Positions 1 through 9,523 of a stretch of DNA of 64,000 nt are shown here, one piece after another. The translations under genes were made by a program, and so were the position numbers. The notes under the pieces are model-generated. The model saw nothing but the letters and a program-made list of their open reading frames with translations. It was not told where the DNA came from and did not search any database. The DNA is from Rhizobium sp. Q54 (GTDB taxonomy: Bacteria; Pseudomonadota; Alphaproteobacteria; UBA828): assembly GCA_945902735.1 (NCBI GenBank), contig CAMDNF010000003.1, forward strand, positions 2,311 to 66,310, read 5' to 3'. The first letter of the stretch is position 1; every line of letters starts with the position of its first letter.

Positions 1-370
1 GCTGCAAGTTCTCCATGTCGAGCCGGTATTTGTAACCATAGACAAATGGTCTGACGAACTCGCCGTCATTGAAGAGCTGCACCGCCTGTGGCGGCGCGTA
101 GATGTGGTCGACGTCCCGGCTTTGCAGATTGTAGGGCGCCAAAAACTCAGAGAACAATATCGTGACGTAAAGAATGATCAGAAAAATGCCTGAGGCCACC
201 GCGATTTTGTGGCGCCTCAGTTTCCACCACATCATCCGCCATTGCGACGCGAGGAAGAAGCGCTCCTGCTCCGGCGTCAACACCTCGACCGAATAGGGGT
301 TGAACGGGTCCTTCGAAACGAAGTGCGCGGGCCGGTCCGCGCCCGGCGTGGGCGACGTGTTATCGGTCAT
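1..370 (-). CDS. ABC transporter permease, OppC/DppC family (partial, 3' end beyond window start)
   Basis: Minus-strand translation from ATG at 370..368 gives MTDNTSPTPGADRPAHFVSKDPFNPYSVEVLTPEQERFFLASQWRMMWWKLRRHKIAVASGIFLIILYV..., typical of an OppC N-terminal region. ATGA start/stop overlap with the upstream permease gene. Confidence 0.7.
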   Translation of the reverse strand, partial: MTDNTSPTPGADRPAHFVSKDPFNPYSVEVLTPEQERFFLASQWRMMWWKLRRHKIAVASGIFLIILYVTILFSEFLAPYNLQSRDVDHIYAPPQAVQLFNDGEFVRPFVYGYKYRLDMENLQ

Positions 371-1365
371 CGTGTTACGCCGCCGGTCAGGCGGATGCGC
401 GGGTCAAGCATGGCGAGCGCGATATCGGAAACGAACACGCCAACCACCGTCATGAACGCCATGAACATCAGGAATGAACCGGCGAGATACATATCCTGTG
501 TGCGCAAGGAATCGAGCAGCATCGGCCCCGTGGTCGGCAGCGACAGCACGACTGAAACGATCGCGGCGCCCGAAATCACCTGCGGCAGAATCGAGCCGAT
601 ATCGGCGATGAAGGGGTTAAGCGCCATGCGGAGCGGATATTTCACCAAGAGCCTGAATGGCGACATGCCCTTGGCGCGCCCGGTCACCACATATTGCCGC
701 TGCAACTCATCCAACAGATTGGCGCGCAAGCGGCGGATCATGCCGGCGGTGCCCGATAAGCCGATCACGATCACCGGCACCCAAAGATGCGCGAGCACCG
801 AGGAAAACTTGCCCCAGCTCCACTCGGCCTCGAGATATTCAGGATCCATCAACCCGCCGATCGAGGTGCCAAACGCCACGTTCGCGACATAAAGCAGCAC
901 CAGCGCGAGCAGGAAGTTGGGCGTCGCCAGGCCGAGAAAGCCCAACAGCGTCAGGCCGTGATCGGACCAGCTATATTGATGGGTCGCCGAATATACGCCG
1001 ATCGGGAACGACACCACCCAGGTGAAGATGATGGTGACGAACGAAACCACGAAAGTAAGGAACAGGCGGTCGCCGACCACGTCATTGACCGGCAGATTAT
1101 ATTCGAACGAATAGCCCATATCGCCTTGCAACAAGCCGAACACCCATAGGCCATATTGCTCGATCATCGGCCGTTCGAGGCCATATTGCTCGCGCAGAAA
1201 AGCGATTTTCTCGAAGTTCGCACCCTCGCCCTGCGCCTGTAGCTCGGCGATATAGGTGCTGAGATAATCGCCCGGCGGCAATTGGATGATGATGAAGGTG
1301 ATGATGCTGATCGCGATCAAGGTCGGGATCATGATCAGCACGCGCCGTGCCGTGTAGGTGAACAT
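367..1365 (-). CDS. ABC transporter permease, OppB/DppB family
   Basis: 332 aa ORF. N-terminus MFTYTARRVLIMIPTLIAISIITFIIIQLPPGDY is a classic OppB/DppB motif and the protein is polytopic membrane. Confidence 0.85.
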   Translation of the reverse strand: MFTYTARRVLIMIPTLIAISIITFIIIQLPPGDYLSTYIAELQAQGEGANFEKIAFLREQYGLERPMIEQYGLWVFGLLQGDMGYSFEYNLPVNDVVGDRLFLTFVVSFVTIIFTWVVSFPIGVYSATHQYSWSDHGLTLLGFLGLATPNFLLALVLLYVANVAFGTSIGGLMDPEYLEAEWSWGKFSSVLAHLWVPVIVIGLSGTAGMIRRLRANLLDELQRQYVVTGRAKGMSPFRLLVKYPLRMALNPFIADIGSILPQVISGAAIVSVVLSLPTTGPMLLDSLRTQDMYLAGSFLMFMAFMTVVGVFVSDIALAMLDPRIRLTGGVTR

Positions 1366-1379
1366 GCGTGGTGTTCTCC

Positions 1380-3365
1380 CTACTCGGCAGCCGTTTGGTT
1401 CGACGAGTCGAACCAGAAAATGTCGGGCCGGTACATGCCGAAATGCGCGCCGGGATCCCAGCTATAGATCGCTTTTTCAGGCACGTTGCGTAGCTTGTTG
1501 CTGATGGCGACGGGTTGCAACACGCCGGCGATCAGCCCGATCACAAACACATTGTCGGAATAGAGCTCAAGCATGCGGTGCCAGATTTTATAGCGCTTTT
1601 CCACGGTGGTCGAGGTGAGCCACTGCTCGTGCAAGGCCAAAAGCTCGATCGCTTCCGGCACATCGGGCGCTTCGCCGGATTGCCCCATGGTCTCGTAATG
1701 CTGACCCCATTGCGACCATTCGAGGCTGGTTTGCATGGTCGGCGCCAATTCGGCCGGGTTCATATCGGGCGTCGGCAAGCCGTTCTCGAGCCCCGCCCAG
1801 ATCGACATCTGCGTTTCGCCAGCGAAAATACGATTGCGAAACACCTCGCGTTGCGAGGGTTTCGAATAAAGCTTGATGCCGAGCGCCGCCCAATCATCGC
1901 GCACCAGCTCAAGCACGTCGGTTTGCTCGGTCTCTTCACCGGCCGTCTCGACGATGATCTCTAGCTTGCGCCCATCGGGCAGCAATCGAATATTGCCATC
2001 GCGCTGGGTCAGCCCCATCTCGTCGAGCAATTTATTCGCTTGCTCGGGATTATATTTGCACCAGCAGCGATAGGCCGTGTCATCGTACATCACGCTTTCC
2101 GGCAGCACCGAATTGCCGCCCTCGACGCCGAGGCCGTAATAGAGCACTTGATTGATTTGGTGGCGATTGATGCCAAGCGACAACGCGCGCCGGAAGCGCA
2201 CATCGCGAAAAATCTTGCGTCACCCCTCATCGGAAATCGTCAAATTCGGATAGAGCGCAAGGTGCGAGCCGCTCGACGTCTGCCACAGTCTGACCGTGTA
2301 ATCATTGCGCTTCTCACCTTCCTTGAGAAACGTGTAGTCGGAAAAATTCAACGCACGCGCCTGTAGGTCGGCCTCGCCCGAGCCCACCTTGGCGGGAATC
2401 AATTTCGAATCGGCGATCGTCATGGTGATCTGGTCGATATAGGGCAGTTGATTGCCGTTCTCGTCCACGCGATGGAAATAGGGATTGCGCTTGGCGACAT
2501 ATCGCGTGGCCGGCGGTTTGGTCACGTTCACCCAAGGCTCAAGCGCAGGCAATTCGGGATTGTCGGCCTTGTACATGTTGTCGAGATTGTTGTGTGTCGC
2601 GGCCCAATTGCGATTGCCTTTGCGTTTTTTCTTTTGGCCGTCATCCCCTTCGCTCGCTTCCGGAACGAGATATTTCTGGTGGAATTTTCTCAAATAGTGC
2701 GCCGGCCGATAGATGTAGAGCGGCGCGGGGCCGGCGAGCGCGGGCAGGAAAAACGGGTTGGGGTACGACCAGCTATAGCGAATGGTCAGCTCGTCGATAA
2801 TCTCGACCTTTGCCTGTTCACCCTCAATCACATGTTCGTGCGGCGGGCCCGATGGCGAGAGCTCTTCGTGATTGGCGACATCCTCCCAGTAATAGCGAAA
2901 ATCCTCGGTCGTGAAGGGATGACCGTCCGACCATTTGTGGCCCTTGCGCAGCTTGAAGGTGAAGATGCGCCCCTCGTCCACCGTGTAGCTTTCCAGAATG
3001 TCGGGAACGAGCTCGTATTTCTCGTTGTAGGCGACAAGCCGCGAATAGCCATAAACCGTCAACAGCTTCACGTCCTTGGCGCTGAAAATCAGCGTTCGCC
3101 ATTCCCCGCCATAGCGCCCGGGCTCCCGCCCCATGGCCTTGACATCGGTCACCAGCGGCGTCGCGGGCAAACGCTCGGCAAGCGGCGGCAACTCGCCCGC
3201 CTTGACCGCCGCCTCAAGCGAAGGCGGCTCCGCAGCGCCAGCGGGCCGCGCGAAATTCGCGCCGACCGCAAGGCCGATCAAAAGGAGGACGGCAAATAAC
3301 CGTTGCAAAGCGCCTGGTTTCTTCCGCACGGTATGGCGATGAGCTTGAAGCGGGCCCCGATTCAA
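1380..3365 (-). pseudogene. ABC transporter substrate-binding protein, family 5 (peptide/nickel/opine type), interrupted by an in-frame TGA at 2220-2222
   Basis: ORFs 2220..3365 (signal peptide plus SBP_bac_5 N-terminal half) and 1380..2201 (C-terminal half) are in the same frame. They are separated only by one TGA codon (...TISDEG*RKIFRDV RFRRALSLGINRHQ...). Confidence 0.7.
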
Positions 3366-3410
3366 AGACTATCGCATGACCGATTTCGTGCCAAAAGTGA
3401 CATTCGCCAC

Positions 3411-3938
3411 ATGACCGAGCCATTGCATGGCCAATCGGCTGTTTTGCGTCGCCCCTCGCGCCTCGACGCGTTTATTCGTCGTGTTGCGGCGCAGCGTGCC
3501 TGTCTTGATCACGCCGCAACGCTGATCGGCGAACGCCCCGGCATCGTCCTCGAGCTTGGGCTCGGCAATGGCCGGACCTTTGACCATTTGCGCGAGCGCT
3601 TCCCCGCGCGCGATATTTTTGTGTTTGATCGCGAAATCGCGGCGCACCCGGCTTCGATCCCCGATGCCGCCCATATACGGCTCGGCGATTTCCACGACAC
3701 GCTGCCCGCCTTCACCCACGAAGGCTGGCCCAAGGCTGTGCTCGTTCATGCCGATATCGGCAGCCCTGACCGCGTGCGCGATGCCGAGCTCGCGCGCTGG
3801 CTCGGCCCCGCGTTGGCGCCACTTTTGGCGCCAGGCGCCCTGGTCGCGACCGATCGCGCGCTTACCACGGTCAATTGGTCCGCTTTGCCACCGCCCGAGG
3901 GCATCGCCCCCGGCGACTATCAGCTTTATCAGGTCTGA
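3411..3938 (+). CDS. small Rossmann-fold, SAM-methyltransferase-like protein (uncharacterised family), paralog A
   Basis: Motifs IVLELGLGNGRTFDHLR (G-loop), IFVFDR (acidic end of beta-2), LGDF and LVHADIG. About 55% identical to the ORF at 16607..17095. The track ORF begins at 3303; the ATG at 3411 (MTEPLHG) avoids overlap with the divergent SBP gene. Confidence 0.5.
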   Translation: MTEPLHGQSAVLRRPSRLDAFIRRVAAQRACLDHAATLIGERPGIVLELGLGNGRTFDHLRERFPARDIFVFDREIAAHPASIPDAAHIRLGDFHDTLPAFTHEGWPKAVLVHADIGSPDRVRDAELARWLGPALAPLLAPGALVATDRALTTVNWSALPPPEGIAPGDYQLYQV

Positions 3939-3942
3939 CCGT

Positions 3943-4584
3943 TCACTTAGCGCCGTTATGGGCATAGGCCTCGGCCGGCACCACCACATAGTCCGCGGCG
4001 CCCGGGGCCTTCCATTTCAGGATCAACGCGCTCGAGCCTTTGCGTTGAAAATAGCCAACATCGAGCGCCACCCAGCCGGGCGCGACCACGTTCACCTCGA
4101 TCGGGTCCGATTCACGGTCGGGATGAATGTCGGGATCTTCCCAAATCATCTGCCCACCAAGCTGGAATCGCACGCCATCGTTCGAGGTCACGAGCAGGCT
4201 ATAGGCACCCTCCGCAGGAAATTTGATGAATCCGTTAATATGGGCGCCGACAAAACGTTGAAATTTTGTCGTCAACACGTTTTTGCCTTCAGACGTCCTG
4301 TAATTGAGAGCCGGCAATGGCGACCCGACGCCTGGGGCGGTGCCCGTGGCCATGAGCTGATAGAGCTCGTCGATGTCGTGGTAATCGCCATAAATATAAT
4401 CGACCGCAAGGCCAGGCACGAGGGCATCCGCTTCGGGTTGCGGTTGAACCGGCCCAATCTCGACGGCCATCGCTTGTGTTGAGCCAAAGCCGATAAAAAG
4501 GGCCAGCAGCCCCATAGCAAAACCGGCCGATATTTTTCCTTTTGTCACGTTCATCGCCCCTACTCTCAAATCCAACAGACACAC
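3943..4584 (-). CDS. secreted PA14-domain protein
   Basis: 213 aa with an N-terminal signal peptide (GLLALFIGFGSTQAMA). The region YIYGDYHDIDELY...FQRFVGAHINGFIKFPAEGAYSLLVTSNDGVRFQLGGQMIWEDPD resembles a PA14/GLEYA carbohydrate-binding fold. Confidence 0.55.
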   Translation of the reverse strand: MCLLDLRVGAMNVTKGKISAGFAMGLLALFIGFGSTQAMAVEIGPVQPQPEADALVPGLAVDYIYGDYHDIDELYQLMATGTAPGVGSPLPALNYRTSEGKNVLTTKFQRFVGAHINGFIKFPAEGAYSLLVTSNDGVRFQLGGQMIWEDPDIHPDRESDPIEVNVVAPGWVALDVGYFQRKGSSALILKWKAPGAADYVVVPAEAYAHNGAK

Positions 4585-4601
4585 CGTTCGACCTCGAAAC
4601 G

Positions 4602-6489
4602 TCAGGCCGCCGAAGCCACAAGCCCTGGCCCGGCGCGCACGAAGTGCCCGGGTTCGATCTCGACCAGCGCAGGAATCGTGGCGTCATCGATCGTGAACGG
4701 CTCGGGCCACGCCGAGGGGATAGAGGCCTTGCCCGCCATCAGCGCGGTCAGGTCCAGCTTCGCATCCAGGCTCGGCTCGGGCACGGCGGCGACCAGTGCG
4801 CGCGTATAAGGATGCACCGGGTTCTTGAACAGCCGCTCGCGCGGTGCGATTTCAACCACACGGCCGGCGCACATCACCGCGATCCGATGCGCCACATAAT
4901 CGACCACCGCCAAATTATGCGAGACGAAAATATAGGTCAGCCCAAGTTTTTCTTGCAGGTCCTTCAAAAGGTTCAACACCTGCGCTTGAATCGAAACGTC
5001 GAGCGCCGACACCGGCTCGTCGCAGATCAACAAATCGGGCTTCAACGCAAGCGCGCGCGCAATGCCGATGCGCTGGCGCTGACCGCCTGAAAAACTATGC
5101 GGATATCGCCGCAAATAACGCGGATCGAGCCCGACCAACCGCATGAGCTCCTGCACGATCTCGCGCCGCTCCGCTGGCTTCGCGATGTTATGGATGATCA
5201 ACGGTTCGGCAATGATGTCGAACACCGGCATGCGTGGATTGAGCGAAGAGAACGGATCCTGAAAAATAAATTGGATGCGGCGGCGAAACGGAATGAGCTG
5301 TTTGTTCGTCAGCGCCCGCACATCAACCGACTTGCCGCGATCGTTGAAGGTGATCGAGCCTGAATTCGCGCTGATGGCACGCAGGATCAATTTCGATAGC
5401 GTGGTCTTGCCGCAGCCCGATTCGCCGACCAGGCCGAGGCATTCGCCGCGCATCACATCGAAGCTCACGCGATCAACCGCATTCACCGCGCCCAACGCCT
5501 TCGAGCCGAACAACCCCGATTTCCGAATCGTGAACGACTTGGTCAAATCGCGTACCGAAAGCAATGGCACCGTCGCATCCAGGCCCGGCGGCCAGGGGTC
5601 TTTATTGGTGATAAAATTGCCGGTCTCGGCCTTGATCTCGCGGATCGGCACCAACCGCTCGCCCGGCTCCATATCGAAGCGCGGCACCGCGCGCAGCAAC
5701 GCCTTCAAATAGGGGTGTTGGGCATCGCCATAAAGGTCGTCGACGGTGCCGGCCTCCCATTACTTTGCCTTGGTACATCACCACAACTTCATCGGCCATA
5801 TTGGCAACCACGCCAAGGTCGTGCGTGATGATCAGAATCGCCATGCCGAGCTCGGCCTGAAGATCCTTCATCAATTTCAAAATCTGCGCCTGGATGGTAA
5901 CGTCGAGCGCGGTGGTCGGCTCATCGGCGATCAGTAGCGCGGGCCGGCAGATCAGGGCCATCGCGATCATGGCACGTTGACGCAAACCGCCCGATAACTC
6001 GAATGGATAGGTCTTAAGCGCGCGCTCCGGGTCGGGAAAGCCGACCAAGCGCAACATTTCGCGCGTCGCGCTGATCACGTCTTTTTTGGACGCGTTGCAA
6101 TGGAGGCCGAAGGCCTCGCCAATCTGATTGCCCACCGTGTGCACCGGCGAGAGCGATGTCATCGGTTCCTGAAAGATGATCGAGATACGGCCGCCGCGAA
6201 TTATGCGCGCCGCTTTGCCATCGGCATCGAGCTTCACAAGGTCGATCGGCGGCGCGCCCGCCTTCGCCGGATCGTGGAACAGGATTTCGCCACCCGAGAT
6301 TTCAGCCGCTCGCGGCAGAATGCGCATGATGCTCTGCGAGACCACAGATTTGCCCGAGCCCGATTCCCCGACCAAGGCCACGGTGCCGCGCTGCGGCACA
6401 CGGAACGACACCCCATCGACCGCCTCGATAATGCCTTCGGCGAGCTTGAATTGAACCCGGAGATTCTTGACTTCCAACAGCGCGGTCAC
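4602..6489 (-). CDS. tandem (two-NBD) ABC ATPase of the oligopeptide/glutathione importer type (GsiA/DppDF-like), apparent frameshift near 5756-5758
   Basis: ORF 5602..6489 has Walker A GESGSGKS, signature LSGGLRQR and Walker B LLIADEPT, then degenerates after [12 protein letters not shown] 4602..5708 starts with [17 protein letters not shown] (the oligopeptide C-terminal motif of NBD1) and runs without a stop into a second NBD ([27 protein letters not shown]). Removing one base from the GGG at 5756-5758 (minus strand) restores [29 protein letters not shown]. Confidence 0.75.
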
Positions 6490-7007
6490 GGCCCGCCGAC
6501 CTTGTCATCATCAAGGTTCATTCTAACGCCACGCAGCCGCAAATTTTCGACCGTGCTCGAATCGAGCGCAACACCGCACGCGCGCGCCGCACGTGCCGCG
6601 CGTTCAAGTATGATGTCGAATTCGTCGATCGTGGAATCGATACGCACCGAACCTCGCGCCCCCTTTACCCTAAGCTGCATCCACCCGCCCGTGCGGTCGC
6701 GGCGCGTGGAAAAATAGCGTAGCGACAACCCGCGCATCTCGTCCCAGCCAAGGTGCGCCCCGAGCGGTCCTGACGCCTCCATACCCTTAGCCGATAGGCG
6801 GATCACCGTACAGTGACGAATGACCGTTCGCGCGCCATAGGCAAAGAAGAGCGCCGCGAACGCCGCCAAAATTCCGCTGACCACCGGCAACGGCGACGTG
6901 ACGGCAAAAGGCCCGACCGTGAAGAACAGGCCCACGCCGGCCCGACCATAATCGCCGATCAGGGTGCGAAGCGGATAACGATGCGAATGGGGCGCGGCTT
7001 CGGTCAT
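6486..7007 (-). CDS. hypothetical membrane protein
   Basis: Start MTEAAPHSHRYPL is immediately adjacent to the upstream gene's stop (7009). There are two hydrophobic segments. The stop overlaps the ATPase start (ATGA). Confidence 0.45.
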   Translation of the reverse strand: MTEAAPHSHRYPLRTLIGDYGRAGVGLFFTVGPFAVTSPLPVVSGILAAFAALFFAYGARTVIRHCTVIRLSAKGMEASGPLGAHLGWDEMRGLSLRYFSTRRDRTGGWMQLRVKGARGSVRIDSTIDEFDIILERAARAARACGVALDSSTVENLRLRGVRMNLDDDKVGGP

Positions 7008-7008
7008 G

Positions 7009-7773
7009 TCAGTGTGACAAAAACAAGGCCGATGCCGGCAGCAAGTGCGCCGCCTTGTGGCCAACCAAGCGCGCCAGCAAGGTGTCGAGAAACCGCCAAG
7101 TCGCCTCATCATGGGCGGCGTGATGGGTCAGAACGCCGGTCGGCTCCTCGGCGTCGCCGCCGCCCTCCCGCCGCGCCCTTAGATGCGCGCAAAGAAGCTC
7201 GATCGCGGCTTGTTCGCCAATGAAGCCGCGCGTGACCTTCCAATCGATCACATCGACATGGCAATTGACTTGAACGAGCCCCGGAGCCGCCGTTGCCGAT
7301 TCCCGCGCGCCATAGGTCGAGAGGCCGTGCAGGCCGATCGATGCCAGCACCGGGATCAGCGCCGGGGCCAGCCGGTTCCACGGCGGCACAAGAACCGGCA
7401 AGGCCCGGCCATTCAAGGCCGCCTGCAAATGGGCGCGCCCTTGATCAAGTTCGGCCAACATCGCGTCGAGCGGAAAGCGGGACGGAAACTCGCATTTCTT
7501 TTCGGTCGTCACGGCGCGGTTTTCGTGACGGAGACCATGCTGCAGAACCGCCACCGCTTGCGCGGCTTCGATGCGCGCCGCGGCGCTCCGGTCAAGCTTA
7601 AGCGGGATGACCGCGAGCGCCAGCGGCGCTTTATGCGTCGCGGCCAGCGCCAAAAGCCGCGCCAAGGCCGGCGAATCAATGGCGGCATCGTCATCGCGCC
7701 ACCAGAAGGTCGCGCGACGACCAGCCTTAGCCCACAGAGCAAGTTCGGCATCGAGCGCGGCGAAATTCGTCAT
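7009..7773 (-). CDS. polysaccharide deacetylase-like family protein (putative)
   Basis: 254 aa with N-terminal ATFWWRDDDA...ALAVIPL resembling a NodB/DUF2334-type motif. Its stop overlaps the downstream gene. Confidence 0.4.
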   Translation of the reverse strand: MTNFAALDAELALWAKAGRRATFWWRDDDAAIDSPALARLLALAATHKAPLALAVIPLKLDRSAAARIEAAQAVAVLQHGLRHENRAVTTEKKCEFPSRFPLDAMLAELDQGRAHLQAALNGRALPVLVPPWNRLAPALIPVLASIGLHGLSTYGARESATAAPGLVQVNCHVDVIDWKVTRGFIGEQAAIELLCAHLRARREGGGDAEEPTGVLTHHAAHDEATWRFLDTLLARLVGHKAAHLLPASALFLSH

Positions 7774-8921
7774 GGTCGAATCATGTGGCCGATCAAACGC
7801 GCTGTCTCCGGCGCGCCATCGAGCCTATAGGAACACGGACCAGGCCGTGGCCGGCCGAGCGCGCGCGTGATCGCTTCGGCAAGGCGTTCGGCGCTGAGCT
7901 CGATCTCGGGCACCACGATGGCGCGCCCCTCGCGCGCAAGCGCCATGGCGCGCACCGATTGCTCGGTCTCTTGCCCGGCTGCGAAGGGCACCAACACGCT
8001 GCGGACCTCGGCACTGAGAATATCCATGACGGTATTATAGCCCGCTTGCGAGACCGAGAGCGCCGCCCGCCCGAGCAGCGAGGGGAAATCCGCGCGCACG
8101 CGTTCAACGGTCATGCCCACGCTGGCCCTTGCCTGCCAAGCCGCCATGACCGCTTCGTCGATCCCCGCCCCAACCAGCACGCGCCATGGCATGGCGCGGA
8201 TTTGTTCATTGTTGATGTCATGAGCCCCAAGCGCGGCCTCGATCAAGCGCCCGCCGACCGCGCCACCGCCCGCCGATATGATGATCTCGCCCCCACCCAC
8301 GCCAGGCGGGGCGATCGCGTCCGATCCGCTTGCCACATAGCCGGTATGGACGATCAAATCGGCAATCTCGTTGGCCAGGGGAAAACTCGCGCCAAACGGC
8401 ACCAAGCGCTCATCGCCATGCACCAAAACCCGGTCATAATAATCGCGGGCGAGCTGTGCCATCTCGTGCGTGCGATCGGCTCTACCCTTCTCGACCAATA
8501 TGTCGCGCACCGAGCTGATGATGATCGGGCGCGGAACCACAAGGCGCGTTGCCTCGAGTAGCGGCATCAACTCGAAGCGCAATTGACGGCGACCGAAGGG
8601 AAACATTTCGGTGATCAGCACGCGCGGGCGTAGCGTGTGAAAAACTTCAAGCAAATGCGCCCGACGGCGGGTCTTGAATTCATCATCGATCGCCTGGCCG
8701 CTCGCGTCGACGAGATGTGAAAAGCGCGCATCAGCCGCCCGCACCGGTTCAAGCTGCACCAAGCGCACGCCATCGAGCGCGATCGGTTCCGCCATACCGC
8801 CTGACACCAGCACGACCTCGAGTTCACGGGCGGCCAATGCGCGCGCAATCGCGGCCGCGCGCTTCAAATGCCCGATACCGAGTAAATGTTGAACGTAAAT
8901 CAGAACAGGCGTGGCGGGCAT
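7770..8921 (-). CDS. glycosyltransferase, GT-B fold (MGT/GT28-like)
   Basis: N-terminus PVLIYVQHLLGIGHLKRAAAIARALA is a typical UDP-glycosyltransferase N-domain. Paralogous to 11904..13130. Confidence 0.65.
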   Translation of the reverse strand: MPATPVLIYVQHLLGIGHLKRAAAIARALAARELEVVLVSGGMAEPIALDGVRLVQLEPVRAADARFSHLVDASGQAIDDEFKTRRRAHLLEVFHTLRPRVLITEMFPFGRRQLRFELMPLLEATRLVVPRPIIISSVRDILVEKGRADRTHEMAQLARDYYDRVLVHGDERLVPFGASFPLANEIADLIVHTGYVASGSDAIAPPGVGGGEIIISAGGGAVGGRLIEAALGAHDINNEQIRAMPWRVLVGAGIDEAVMAAWQARASVGMTVERVRADFPSLLGRAALSVSQAGYNTVMDILSAEVRSVLVPFAAGQETEQSVRAMALAREGRAIVVPEIELSAERLAEAITRALGRPRPGPCSYRLDGAPETARLIGHMIRP

Positions 8922-9523
8922 AGCGCGTCATCATCGGAGGAACGCAGCGGAATATTCATTTTCTCAATAGAGGGCGTGCCATCTGGCGCCAATTTGAAAT
9001 GATGCGCGGCACTCCAATCAAGCCGATCCGGTGGCTTGCCCACCATCGGCCAATTCACCGCCAACGCATAGAGCGCACGGATCACGCCCTTATGCGTGAT
9101 CGCGATGGTGGGCACACCGTCCGTCGCGCGCTGGGCCAAAAAGGGCGCGAGGCGCCTTTGCACCAAGCGCGGGCTTTCGCCGCCCGGTGGCGCGAAGTCG
9201 AGCCCACGCGCCTCGATATCGGCCGTGCCGTTTGGGTCTAAGCGGCGAACGTCCTCAAGCCGCTGTCCCTCCCACTGGCCCCAGCGCATTTCACCGAGCA
9301 CCGGCTCGAAAGCAATCCCGCGCGCGCCCAAAAGCTGCGCGGTTTGCACCGCGCGCAACAGCGGGCTTGAGAACCAGCGATAGGAGTCGAACGCCGCCGG
9401 CACGCGCCAACGGCGCACCTCGGCAATTCCCTCAAGACTCAACGCCACATCGGTGCCGCCCTGGATTCGCCCTTCGGCGTTCCAGCGTGTCGGGCCATGA
9501 CGAATGACCACGAGGTTCGTCAT
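8900..9523 (-). CDS. histidine phosphatase family protein (phosphoglycerate mutase-like)
   Basis: VVIRHGPTRWN carries the RHG catalytic motif; 207 aa. Confidence 0.8.
   Translation of the reverse strand: MTNLVVIRHGPTRWNAEGRIQGGTDVALSLEGIAEVRRWRVPAAFDSYRWFSSPLLRAVQTAQLLGARGIAFEPVLGEMRWGQWEGQRLEDVRRLDPNGTADIEARGLDFAPPGGESPRLVQRRLAPFLAQRATDGVPTIAITHKGVIRALYALAVNWPMVGKPPDRLDWSAAHHFKLAPDGTPSIEKMNIPLRSSDDDALCPPRLF

Noticed and set aside
209-892. 227-aa plus-strand ORF
   Set aside because: It is antisense to the well-supported OppB/OppC permease genes. Its amino-acid composition (R/P/A-rich) is typical of spurious ORFs in high-GC DNA.
2220-2222. In-frame TGA in the binding-protein gene read as selenocysteine or programmed readthrough
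   Set aside because: There is no SECIS-like hairpin immediately downstream and no selenoprotein context. A nonsense mutation or a base error is far more likely.
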